This document shows positions 27,195-36,587 of a stretch of 64,000 nucleotides of DNA, one piece after another (positions within the stretch are counted from its first letter, which is position 1; each line of letters starts with the position of its first letter). The stretch comes from an uncultured Bacilli bacterium (GTDB lineage: Bacteria; Bacillota_I; Bacilli_A; RF39; UBA660). The notes below the pieces were generated by a model, which had not been told where the DNA came from, did no database searches, and was given only the letters and a program-made list of their open reading frames with translations. Where the stretch lies: positions 73,984 to 137,983 of the forward strand of contig CANQON010000002.1 in assembly GCA_947625505.1 (NCBI GenBank), written 5' to 3'. The translations under genes and the position numbers were made by a program.

Positions 27195-27218
27195 ATTTGA
27201 TAAAGAGGTGAGGAATAG

Positions 27219-29831
27219 ATGGAGATTAAAAATAAATATTTGAAGTCTTTGAAGTTTATTCCTAGTCCTATTCTTTTTGCTTTAATAGTAGCGCTAGGAT
27301 TATTTTTAATCCTAGCTTTTTATGCTTTTGCGCATACTGATTCTTTTTATTTATATGATGATTTGATTACTTTAAGAGCTAATGGTACTTATAAGATAGA
27401 TGCTTCTGCTGATTATGATGTATCTAAATTACATTGGTATACGCAAAATCCTGAAATAGCTACGATTGATTCTGATGGTACTATATCAGCTCATGCTTTA
27501 GGAGAAACAAAAATAGTAGTTAAATCACGATTTTATTTGTTTGAACAAGAAATAACTATTAGAGTATCTAATTTTAATGTTTATTCGATTGTTTTTGAGG
27601 AAGATGATTTAGAGTTAGATCCTAGTGATGAGTTCTTTTTAATGCCAGTATTAAATGGTGATGGTAATCTAAAAAGTAATTTAGATTGGAAGAGTAGTGA
27701 AGAAGGAATTGTTTCTGTATCTAGTACAGGAAAGATTAGAGCTCTTACACCTGGGAATGCTATCATAACAGCAACTGATAAGTATTCAGGTTTAGCTACT
27801 TCAATTAAAGTTAAAGTTCATGGTGAAGTAGAAGAAACAGAAGAAGTTATGGCTGATGAAGCAACTGATGAAGAGTTAGATAATACTATTCCGATTGAAA
27901 GTATTGAATTAAATACTAATCGATTAGAAATGTATGTAGGTTCTACTCGTAAAATAAGTTCGGTTATTGTACCAGATAATGCTAGTAATAAGACTTTAAC
28001 TTATACTAGTAGTGATAGTTCTATAGCAACTGTTAATAGTAATGGTATGGTTACAGCTAAAAAAGCAGGTATTTGTAATATCTTTGTATCATCAGCTGAT
28101 GGCTTGGTTAGTGTCTCTACTATTATCAAAGTAAGTGGTAAAAGTGTAGCAGTTAAATCTTTATCTTTAAAAGAAAATAATTTAAAGATAAAAATAAATG
28201 AAAATTATACTATTAGTCCTATTATTACACCTAGTGATGCTAGTAATAAAAATATTAGTTATTCTAGTAGTAATCCTAAAGTAGCATCCGTTGATAGTAA
28301 TGGTAAGGTAAAAGGTATCTCACCTGGTAAAGTAACAATTGTAGCGATTACTAAAGATGGTATGAAAACAGCTTCAATAGGTGTTGAGGTTGCTAGTGAT
28401 AAAATAGAAAGTAATAATATTAAAAAAATAGATATAGATAATTTTCAAGATACTTTAATTGTTGGTGATACTAATAAATTAAATGTCGATGTATATAATG
28501 ATAAGGATGATAAACTAAAAGTTAATTTATCATCTACTAATAATGATATTTTAAGTATAGACCAAGATGGTAATATAGTTGCTAAATCGCCTGGTATGGT
28601 ATCATTAGAGTTTGAAACAACGGATGGTAGTTATCATGATAATAAAATTGTTACTGTATTACCTGGTGAAACAGATCCTGAACTAGTTTATGTTAATAAA
28701 AATGCTATGCAACTAGTAAAAGGAGAAACTTATACTTTAATAGCGACTATTCTTCCTGAGATTGCATCAGGCAAAAAAATTGTATGGACGAGTAGTAATC
28801 CTTCCGTTGTATCTGTTAATACTGAAGGAATGGTAACAGCTTTATCTATGGGTACTTCAACTATAACAGCGCAAGTTCGTAATACTGGTGTTAGTCGTAG
28901 TGTTAAAGTTGCTGTCGTTAATAACGCCTCTTTAATAGATGTTAGAAAAATGAAGTTAACACCTTATATTAAAGGATTACAAGTATATGATAAAGGATCA
29001 TCTACATCTCGAGCCTTACAAAATTTTGCGATTGCTAATATTGGTACTTCTAAAGAAACTTTATATGTATCTTATCCTCATCGTTCAAATATTAAAAAAA
29101 GTTTAAAAGCAACCAATACTTTAAAGCAACAAATTGTTCGTACAATTGTTGTTAAGATACCTAAATCAGAGTATAGTAAACCTAAATCAAGTAAACGTAC
29201 ATATATGTATTTAAAAAATAGTGGACACGGACAATCTTTTGATTTAGATAAAACTAATGGATATTTTTGGACTAATGGTTCAGGATATATATCTAAAAGT
29301 TCTGATGGTACTTTATGGGGAGCTAGTAAGCAATTAGTTAGAGTTAAGTTTAAGAAAAATACTAAGACATCTTCTTATACAGCTGCTCGTCGTATTACAT
29401 TATATAATAGTGCAGGAGCTATATATGATAGTCCAGAATTAACCTTTAATTGGAATGAGAATTTAGCAGCTGTTAGATCAGGACGTAATGTTTTAATATA
29501 TAAAGCTTCAGATTTTGTTAATGGTAAATTAACTTTACTATATTCTTTTGTTCTTGCTAATAAATCGATTGATGGAACTAACTATTCAAGACAAGGACAT
29601 GCTTTAGCGAATGGTTATTATTATCAATATCGTGGATACTATAATAAGAAAATGTATATTGAAGCATATAATTATGTAGGTGAATTACAATATACATATA
29701 TCTTTAATCCTAAATTAAAAGGACAAGAAACAGAGGGTATGAAAATTTATAATAATAAGATATATGTTGGTATTATCAATAAGTGTTCAGGATGTTCTGG
29801 TAATATAAATAGTATTTATTATTTTAAATAA
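27219..29831 (+). CDS. Membrane-anchored surface protein with multiple Big_2 (bacterial Ig-like) domains and an unknown ~300-aa C-terminal domain
   Basis: N-terminal TM helix. At least 6 repeats of the Big_2 signature (e.g. YTSSDSSIATVNSNGMVTAKKAGICNI; SSSNPKVASVDSNGKVKGISPGKVTI; TSSNPSVVSVNTEGMVTALSMGTSTI). The Tyr/Gly-rich C-terminal domain may be propeller-like. Confidence 0.8.
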   Translation: MEIKNKYLKSLKFIPSPILFALIVALGLFLILAFYAFAHTDSFYLYDDLITLRANGTYKIDASADYDVSKLHWYTQNPEIATIDSDGTISAHALGETKIVVKSRFYLFEQEITIRVSNFNVYSIVFEEDDLELDPSDEFFLMPVLNGDGNLKSNLDWKSSEEGIVSVSSTGKIRALTPGNAIITATDKYSGLATSIKVKVHGEVEETEEVMADEATDEELDNTIPIESIELNTNRLEMYVGSTRKISSVIVPDNASNKTLTYTSSDSSIATVNSNGMVTAKKAGICNIFVSSADGLVSVSTIIKVSGKSVAVKSLSLKENNLKIKINENYTISPIITPSDASNKNISYSSSNPKVASVDSNGKVKGISPGKVTIVAITKDGMKTASIGVEVASDKIESNNIKKIDIDNFQDTLIVGDTNKLNVDVYNDKDDKLKVNLSSTNNDILSIDQDGNIVAKSPGMVSLEFETTDGSYHDNKIVTVLPGETDPELVYVNKNAMQLVKGETYTLIATILPEIASGKKIVWTSSNPSVVSVNTEGMVTALSMGTSTITAQVRNTGVSRSVKVAVVNNASLIDVRKMKLTPYIKGLQVYDKGSSTSRALQNFAIANIGTSKETLYVSYPHRSNIKKSLKATNTLKQQIVRTIVVKIPKSEYSKPKSSKRTYMYLKNSGHGQSFDLDKTNGYFWTNGSGYISKSSDGTLWGASKQLVRVKFKKNTKTSSYTAARRITLYNSAGAIYDSPELTFNWNENLAAVRSGRNVLIYKASDFVNGKLTLLYSFVLANKSIDGTNYSRQGHALANGYYYQYRGYYNKKMYIEAYNYVGELQYTYIFNPKLKGQETEGMKIYNNKIYVGIINKCSGCSGNINSIYYFK

Positions 29832-29982
29832 ATTAATTAAAAAAGCTTTTAATTTTATAATTATATGTTATAATATTAATGGCTTTTTTAAAAAACACAT
29901 TTATGGATTTAAATGTCTAGTGCCTTATGGTGATGTTTAAAGTTGAGATAAATGGAAGAAATAACGAAAAGGAGGAATTTAA

Positions 29983-31011
29983 ATGACAGTTGTGTCAATG
30001 AACTTATTATTAGAAGCTGGAGTTCATTTTGGTCATCAAACAAAAAGATGGAATCCAAAAATGAAAGAATACATTTTTACTTCAAGAGATGATATTTATA
30101 TTATCGATTTACAAAAGACAGCTAAGAAAATTGAAGAAGCATATGCTGCTTTACATGAAATAGCTAAAAATGGTGGAAAGGTTATCTTTGTTGGAACAAG
30201 AAAACAAGCCCAAGAAGCTACTAAAGAAGAAGCTATTAAGAGTGATTCATATTATGTTACTGAAAGATGGTTAGGAGGAACCTTAACTAACTTTAGAACA
30301 ATAAGAAAAAGAGTTAAAAGATTAGAAGAAATCGAAAAGATGGAAGCAAATGGTACTTTCGATGTATTACCTAAGAAAGAAGTAATTGGATTAAAGAAAG
30401 AATACGAAAAACTTAATAAGATTTTATGTGGTATTCGTACTATGGAAAAATTACCACAAGCTATGTTTATCGTCGATCCAAGTAAAGAAGAAATAGCTAT
30501 TCGTGAAGCTCGTAAGTTAAATATTCCTGTATTTGGTATTGTTGATACTAATTGCGATCCAGATATGGTTGATTATGTTATACCTGCTAATGACGATGCT
30601 ATTCGTGCTGTTAAATTAATAATTGGTGTTATGAATAATGCTATTATTGAAGCTAATGGTGGACATATTACTGATTATAGTGGTAAAGCTGATGAAAATG
30701 GTAATGATATTATGAAACGTGCTGTTGAATCAGTTAGAAGAAAAGAAGATAAAAAACCATTTGAAAAGAAACCTTTTGAAAAAAAGAATTTTAAGAAATC
30801 ATTCAATAAAGTAGAAAAAGAAGTAAAAGAAAATCCTCAAGCTGATGAAGAGCCTAAAGAAGAAGAAACAGTTGAAACTAAAAAAGCCGTAGAAGTTAAA
30901 GAAGATTTAACTACTAAAACTGTATCTGAACTTCGTGAAATGGCTAAAGAAAAAGAAGTTAAAGGATATTCTACAATGAAAAAAGCTGAATTAATTGAAG
31001 CTTTAAAATAG
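29983..31011 (+). CDS. rpsB: 30S ribosomal protein S2 with a ~115-aa C-terminal extension
   Basis: N-terminus [23 protein letters not shown] and motif VDTNCDPD. The extension is K/E-rich and ends in a helix-hairpin-helix-like motif, [30 protein letters not shown]. Confidence 0.95.
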   Translation: MTVVSMNLLLEAGVHFGHQTKRWNPKMKEYIFTSRDDIYIIDLQKTAKKIEEAYAALHEIAKNGGKVIFVGTRKQAQEATKEEAIKSDSYYVTERWLGGTLTNFRTIRKRVKRLEEIEKMEANGTFDVLPKKEVIGLKKEYEKLNKILCGIRTMEKLPQAMFIVDPSKEEIAIREARKLNIPVFGIVDTNCDPDMVDYVIPANDDAIRAVKLIIGVMNNAIIEANGGHITDYSGKADENGNDIMKRAVESVRRKEDKKPFEKKPFEKKNFKKSFNKVEKEVKENPQADEEPKEEETVETKKAVEVKEDLTTKTVSELREMAKEKEVKGYSTMKKAELIEALK

Positions 31012-31061
31012 AGACTTAAGGATGATTTATTCATCCTTATTTTATTTAGGAGGAGGAAATT

Positions 31062-31940
31062 ATGGTAACTGCAAGTTTAGTTAAAGAACTAAGAGAGAAA
31101 ACAGGAGCTGGAATGTTAGATTGTAAGAAAGCTCTTGAAGCATGTGATGCCAACATTGATGAAGCAATTAATTGGTTAAGAGAAAAAGGTATTTCTAAGG
31201 CAGCTAAAAAAGCTGATCGTATTGCTGCTGAAGGAATGGCTGCTATTAAAGTAGATGGTGATGTAGCTGCTATCGTTGAAGTTAATTCAGAAACAGATTT
31301 CGTTGCTAAAAACGCTGAATTTACAGGAATGGTAGATACAATTCTTGATGCTATTATAGCTAATGATGTTAGTTCATTAGAAGATGTTTTAGCGCTTCCA
31401 TGTGAAGATGGAACAGTTAATGATTTAATTATTAATAAAACAGCTAAAATTGGTGAAAAATTAAGTCTTAGAAGATTTGAAAGAGTTGTTAAGAATAGTG
31501 ATGAAGAATTCGGTGACTATATCCATATGGGTGGAAAGATTGCTGTTCTAACAGTTGTTAAAGGAGCAAGCAAAGAAGTAGCTAAAGATGTAGCGTTACA
31601 TGCTGCTGCTATGCGTCCTACATACTTAAGATCATCAGATGTACCTAGTGATGTTCTTGATAAAGAAAAAGAAATTATGAGAGAACAATTACTTAATGAA
31701 GGTAAACCTGCTGATAAGATTGATAATATCTTAGTTGGAAAAGTAAATAAATATTATGAAGAAGTATGTTTAGAGAATCAAATCTTTGTTAAAGCTGAAA
31801 ATAAAGAAACAGTTCAAAAATACGTTGCTAATAACGGAGGAACTATTGAACAAATGATTAGATTTGAAGTAGGCGAAGGTATGCAAAAGAGAGAAGAAAA
31901 CTTTGCTGAAGAAGTTGCTAAACAAATGGCTGGAAAATAA
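31062..31940 (+). CDS. tsf: Elongation factor Ts
   Basis: N-terminus LVKELREKTGAGMLDCKKAL, motif VEVNSETDFVAKN, and position after rpsB. Confidence 0.95.
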   Translation: MVTASLVKELREKTGAGMLDCKKALEACDANIDEAINWLREKGISKAAKKADRIAAEGMAAIKVDGDVAAIVEVNSETDFVAKNAEFTGMVDTILDAIIANDVSSLEDVLALPCEDGTVNDLIINKTAKIGEKLSLRRFERVVKNSDEEFGDYIHMGGKIAVLTVVKGASKEVAKDVALHAAAMRPTYLRSSDVPSDVLDKEKEIMREQLLNEGKPADKIDNILVGKVNKYYEEVCLENQIFVKAENKETVQKYVANNGGTIEQMIRFEVGEGMQKREENFAEEVAKQMAGK

Positions 31941-31948
31941 TAATTAAT

Positions 31949-31976
31949 GAAGAAGTCTTAGGACTTCTTCTTTTTG
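31949..31976 (+). terminator. Rho-independent terminator
   Basis: Stem GAAGAAGTC / GACTTCTTC with loop TTAG, followed by T5. Confidence 0.8.
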
Positions 31977-32045
31977 ACTTTTTAGTAATTTTATGCTATT
32001 ATAGCAAACCAAAGAAAGCCAATATGGATAAAGGTGGGGGTTAAA

Positions 32046-33059
32046 ATGTATATTAAGACGGGAAATCATATTAAAAAAACATTTATGAGTTTATTTATAT
32101 CTTGTCAATTAGCTTTATTAGCTATTTTACCTTTTAATAATGTTAGTATTGCAAAAGAAGTATATAAAGATAAAGAAAATGTTGTATCTGGTAATATAAT
32201 TGCTAATAATCTGACTATTAAAAATAAATATTTTGATTATTTAAGTATACCTATTAAAGATAATAATCTTGATGCTTTTAAAGTATTAAATTATTCACGT
32301 TTTCATGTATTAGAAGTTAGTAAAAAAGATGAAGCAGTAGAGGAAGTAGTAGAAAGTGTACTTCCCATAACACCTGTTAAAGAAGTGGTTACAAATAAAA
32401 AAAGTAATGTTACTAAGAAGGTATCTACTTCAATTGAACAAAAAATATTAAAAAATAATGATTGTATAGGTAGCGCTGGAAGATTATATTTTTCATCATT
32501 ATATTCTGTAGCGTTATATCAAACAAGTTTTTTTGATCCTAGTATTCAAAAAATTGTTGATGCCAAAGATAGTGCAGCTTATTTTAAATATGGAAGTGTT
32601 TATTTAATTGGTGATCATAGTAATCAAGGCTTTAATATTATTAAAAGCCAAAAAGTAGGTTCTAAAGCTTATATTAAAGTAAAAAATAATAATGGCAGTT
32701 ATTCTTTAAGAACTTTTAAAGTTAAAGAAGTTGTAACAGGATATAACTATGGTGATAGATTAGTAACAAAAGATGGAAGAGATGTAAAAAATATCAAAGC
32801 TTCTTTAGTTATGTATACATGTAATTCAGCTGATGGTAAAAAAGTTACTATTGTTATTTGGGAAGAATTAAATGTTACTACTAAAGTTGAAAAAAAAGAA
32901 AGTCCAAAAAAAGAAACAAGTGAAGTTAAACCTCAAGTTACTCCTAAAGAAACCGAAGAATCAAAAGAAGAAATAGAAGAGCCTAAAGTAGAACAATCTA
33001 AAGAAGAAGTTATTGAAGAACCAAAAGAAGAAGAGGAAGAAATAAAAGACGAAGATTAA
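32046..33059 (+). CDS. Secreted sortase-like protein with an acidic low-complexity tail (putative)
   Basis: The track starts at GTG 32034; ATG 32046 follows AAGGTGGGGG. Signal peptide present. LIGDHSNQGF and SLVMYTCNS line up with the sortase His and TLxTC Cys segments. The C-terminal ~55 aa are E/K/P-rich. Confidence 0.4.
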   Translation: MYIKTGNHIKKTFMSLFISCQLALLAILPFNNVSIAKEVYKDKENVVSGNIIANNLTIKNKYFDYLSIPIKDNNLDAFKVLNYSRFHVLEVSKKDEAVEEVVESVLPITPVKEVVTNKKSNVTKKVSTSIEQKILKNNDCIGSAGRLYFSSLYSVALYQTSFFDPSIQKIVDAKDSAAYFKYGSVYLIGDHSNQGFNIIKSQKVGSKAYIKVKNNNGSYSLRTFKVKEVVTGYNYGDRLVTKDGRDVKNIKASLVMYTCNSADGKKVTIVIWEELNVTTKVEKKESPKKETSEVKPQVTPKETEESKEEIEEPKVEQSKEEVIEEPKEEEEEIKDED

Positions 33060-33071
33060 TCTTCGTCTTTT
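33044..33071. terminator. 28-nt perfect palindrome spanning two convergent, overlapping stop codons (likely bidirectional terminator)
   Basis: AAAAGACGAAGATT|AATCTTCGTCTTTT. The + gene stops at 33057-33059 and the - gene at 33056-33058. Confidence 0.5.
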
Positions 33072-33649
33072 GCTATTAAAATATTAGTTAATTCTTGATA
33101 ATTAATGAGGTAATCCTTAAGTAATGTTTTTATATTAATATCTATTGGTATATCAATGATATAGGTAATGATATCTTGATATTCTTTATTAACGATTTTA
33201 TAGTCTTTTAATAAATAATCTATTTTTTGGATATCGTCATATTTAAATTGAATACTTACTTTGATTCCTTTAATTAAATTGATATATTTTACTAGTTTTA
33301 AAGTTTCTTTAACACTGTCAGCATAGGCTCTTATTAATCCGTTAGCGCCTAATTTAATACCTCCAAAATATCTTGTAACGACAGCTAATACATGATCTAA
33401 GTTTTGACTTTCTAAGATTTTTAAAATAGGCATACCTGCTGTACCCATAGGTTCTCCATCATCAGAAGCTTTTTTACTAGTATTACAAATATAAGCATAA
33501 CAATTATGCGTAGCGTCTTTATATTCTTTTTTTATATCGTCTAAATACTTTTTAATATCTTCAAGAGAATCAACACGATATAAATGACAGATAAATTTAG
33601 AGCGTTTAATTTCTATTTCTTTACTAACATTATCTAATATTGATCGCAC
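33056..33649 (-). CDS. YigZ/IMPACT-family protein (UPF0029)
   Basis: Motifs SKFICHLYRV, HNCYAYI, DDGEPMGTAGMPIL and VVTRYFGGIKLG. Confidence 0.85.
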   Translation of the reverse strand: MRSILDNVSKEIEIKRSKFICHLYRVDSLEDIKKYLDDIKKEYKDATHNCYAYICNTSKKASDDGEPMGTAGMPILKILESQNLDHVLAVVTRYFGGIKLGANGLIRAYADSVKETLKLVKYINLIKGIKVSIQFKYDDIQKIDYLLKDYKIVNKEYQDIITYIIDIPIDINIKTLLKDYLINYQELTNILIAKDED

Positions 33650-33713
33650 ATAATCACCAAGTAAATTATAACTTATTCTTCTTATTTTCGCAAATATATG
33701 CTAAAATTAAAAT

Positions 33714-34763
33714 GTGATTAGTATGGATGTTGAATTTAATAAATATTTAAATAAATTAGTAAAAGAAGGAGTATTCCCTGGATGCTCTTATTGTATTATT
33801 ACGAATGATAAAATAATTAAGGGTAGTGTTGGATATAAAGCTTTAATTCCTAACAAAGAAAAAAATGATATTAATGCCTTACATGATATAGCAAGCTTAA
33901 CTAAATTATTAGTTACCAATCTTTTAATTGCTCTTTTATTGCGTGATAAATTAATTGATTTAAATGATTATGTTATTAAGTATTTACCTAACTTTAAATA
34001 TGATAATGTTAAAATTATTCATCTTTTAACACATTCATCAGGTATTAAACCTTTATTTGATAAATTTAATATAAAAAGTAAAGATGAGTTTTTAACTAAT
34101 ATTGAATTAGAATTTACACCAGGTACTAGTGCGCATTATATTGATAATAACTTTATATTATTAGGATTTATTGTTGAGAAGATATATAATAAACCTATTG
34201 ATATATTAGCTAATGAATTAATCTTTAAACCTTTAGAAATGCGTGATACATCATATAATCCTACTGATACTGAAAGGTGTGTACCTACGGAAGATACTAA
34301 AGATCGAGGATTAGTAAAAGGATTTGTTCATGATGAAAAAGCCTACTTTTTAAATGGGGTAGCAGGTCATGCAGGTGTCTTTAGTACCATAGATGATTTA
34401 TCTCATTTCTTAGAAATGATTTTACATGATGGATATTATAAGGGAAAACAAATTATTGATAAAACTTATATTGATTTATGGTTTACACCTCTATTTATAA
34501 GTGAGGATAGTATTAGAAGAACCGTAGGTTGGATATATGCAAAAAGTAGTGTTTTAGCGCAAGATATATGTAGTGATGATACGATTATTCATACAGGATT
34601 TCCTGGACATGAAATATTAATAGATCGCGCTAATGACTTTGCTTTTGTTATGCTATCTAATCGTATTCATCCAACAAGAGATAATAAATTATTATTAGAA
34701 AAAAGAAAAGATATTAATAAAAAATTATATAGTTTATTAAAAAAATATGAAATGATATACTAG
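33714..34763 (+). CDS. Serine hydrolase of the beta-lactamase/transpeptidase-like family
   Basis: S-x-x-K motif IASLTKLL, a YxN-like YIDNNF, and GHAGVFST late in the protein. The start is either GTG 33714 or ATG 33723. Confidence 0.75.
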   Translation: MISMDVEFNKYLNKLVKEGVFPGCSYCIITNDKIIKGSVGYKALIPNKEKNDINALHDIASLTKLLVTNLLIALLLRDKLIDLNDYVIKYLPNFKYDNVKIIHLLTHSSGIKPLFDKFNIKSKDEFLTNIELEFTPGTSAHYIDNNFILLGFIVEKIYNKPIDILANELIFKPLEMRDTSYNPTDTERCVPTEDTKDRGLVKGFVHDEKAYFLNGVAGHAGVFSTIDDLSHFLEMILHDGYYKGKQIIDKTYIDLWFTPLFISEDSIRRTVGWIYAKSSVLAQDICSDDTIIHTGFPGHEILIDRANDFAFVMLSNRIHPTRDNKLLLEKRKDINKKLYSLLKKYEMIY

Positions 34764-34771
34764 GTGAGATT

Positions 34772-36541
34772 ATGAATAAAATTAAAGAGAAATTATCATT
34801 ATTACCAATGTTACCAGGTTGTTATTTAATGAAGAATAAAGATGGTAATATTATATATGTAGGAAAAGCTAAGAAACTAAAGAATCGTGTTAGTTCCTAT
34901 TTTAATCGTACCCATACAGGTAAAACAGCTCGTTTAGTTAGTGAGATAGATGATTTCGAATATATAACTGTTAATAGTGAAGTAGAATCTCTTATCCTAG
35001 AAATTAATTTAATTAAAGAACATAATCCTAAATATAATATATTACTTAAGGATGATAAGAGTTATCCTTATATTGAATTAACTGATGAAAAAGTACCTAG
35101 ATTAAAAGTTGTACGTGTTTTATCACGTAAGAAAAATCATAAATATTTATATGGACCTTATCCTAATGTAACCGCAGCTCGTAATGTTGTTAATTTATTA
35201 AATAGATTATATCCTATTCGTAAATGTAATACATATGAGTCTAAACCTTGTTTATATTATCATATTAAACAATGTTTAGGTTACTGCGCTAATAATGTTG
35301 ATCAAAAAGAAATTGATGATATGCGTAGTGATATTATAAGATTTCTTAAAGGTGATCATTCTTTAATTACAAAAAGAATAAATGAAGAAATTAGTCATTA
35401 TAGTGAAAATTTAGAGTTTGAAAAAGCTTTAGAACTAAAGAAAATGTTAGATTATATTAATATTACTTTAACGCATCAACAAGTTGAAACTAAAGATAAT
35501 ATTGATCGTGACGTTTTTGGTTATTATATCTTAAAAGGATATTTAAGTATTCAAGTCTTTTTTATTCGTGATTCCAAAATCGTTGAAAGACATTCTAAAA
35601 TTATGCCTTTAATTGATGAAGTAGATAGTGAATTAACAAGATATATAGCAGATTTCTATAAGAATATATTAATTCCTAAAGAAATATTAATTCCTGATAT
35701 TCTAGATGAAAATCTCTTAAGTGAATATTTAGCAACCAATGTTAAAATACCTCAAAAAGGAGATAAACATAAACTTATTGAATTAGCTTGTGATAACGCT
35801 AAAATAGCTTTAGAAGAAAACTTTGAGTTAATTAAACGTGATGAAGCTAAAACAATTGATGCGAATGAAGAATTAAAAAATTTATTAGGTTTAGATAAAT
35901 TAGATCGTATTGAAATATTTGATAATGCTCATTTATTTGGAACTTATAATGTATCAGGTATGGTAGTATTTATGGATGGTAAACCTAATAAAAATGAATA
36001 TCGTAAATATAAAATAAGTGTTGATCAAAATGATGATTATGGAACGATGCGTGAAGTAATATATCGTCGTTATTTTAGAGTATTAAAAGATAATTTAGTT
36101 AGACCTGATTTAATAATCGTTGATGGAGGCTTAGGACAAATTAATGTAGCTGAAGAAGTCATACATAGTCTAGGAATGAATATATTAGTTGTTGGTCTTA
36201 AAAAAGATGATCGCCATGCGACTAATAAGTTATTAACTAGTAGTAAAGAATATGATATAGATCGTCAAAGTAATTTATTTTATCTATTAGAAAGAATGCA
36301 AGATGAAGTACATGAATTTACGATTAATTATCATAAACAAATACGTAGTAAAGGTAGTTTAGCTAGTGTTTTAGATAATATAGAAGGTATAGGTAGTAAA
36401 AGAAAAAAAGAATTATTAAAGAAATATCATACAATAACGAAAATGAAAGAAGCTAGTATAGAAGAATTAGAAGAAATATTACCTAGTAATGTCGCTAATA
36501 ACCTTTATCATTTTTTAGAATCATATAATTTAGACAATTAA
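34772..36541 (+). CDS. uvrC: Excinuclease ABC subunit C
   Basis: GIY-YIG motif (PGCYLMKNKDGNIIYVGKAKKLKNRVSSYF), a UVR domain, an endonuclease domain, and a C-terminal HhH (IEGIGSKRKKELLKKY). Confidence 0.95.
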   Translation: MNKIKEKLSLLPMLPGCYLMKNKDGNIIYVGKAKKLKNRVSSYFNRTHTGKTARLVSEIDDFEYITVNSEVESLILEINLIKEHNPKYNILLKDDKSYPYIELTDEKVPRLKVVRVLSRKKNHKYLYGPYPNVTAARNVVNLLNRLYPIRKCNTYESKPCLYYHIKQCLGYCANNVDQKEIDDMRSDIIRFLKGDHSLITKRINEEISHYSENLEFEKALELKKMLDYINITLTHQQVETKDNIDRDVFGYYILKGYLSIQVFFIRDSKIVERHSKIMPLIDEVDSELTRYIADFYKNILIPKEILIPDILDENLLSEYLATNVKIPQKGDKHKLIELACDNAKIALEENFELIKRDEAKTIDANEELKNLLGLDKLDRIEIFDNAHLFGTYNVSGMVVFMDGKPNKNEYRKYKISVDQNDDYGTMREVIYRRYFRVLKDNLVRPDLIIVDGGLGQINVAEEVIHSLGMNILVVGLKKDDRHATNKLLTSSKEYDIDRQSNLFYLLERMQDEVHEFTINYHKQIRSKGSLASVLDNIEGIGSKRKKELLKKYHTITKMKEASIEELEEILPSNVANNLYHFLESYNLDN

Positions 36542-36587
36542 CACAAATATTTCACAAAATAGATATATAGTTATTAAAGGTGATTTT

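Noticed and set aside
29841-29889. An inverted repeat AAAAAAGC...GCTTTTTT flanking a TATAAT upstream of rpsB, considered as a possible invertible promoter or S2 leader.
   Set aside because: The arms are only 8 bp and of A/T-rich composition. No recombinase is nearby, and the repeat is more simply a weak terminator for the upstream gene overlapping the rpsB promoter.
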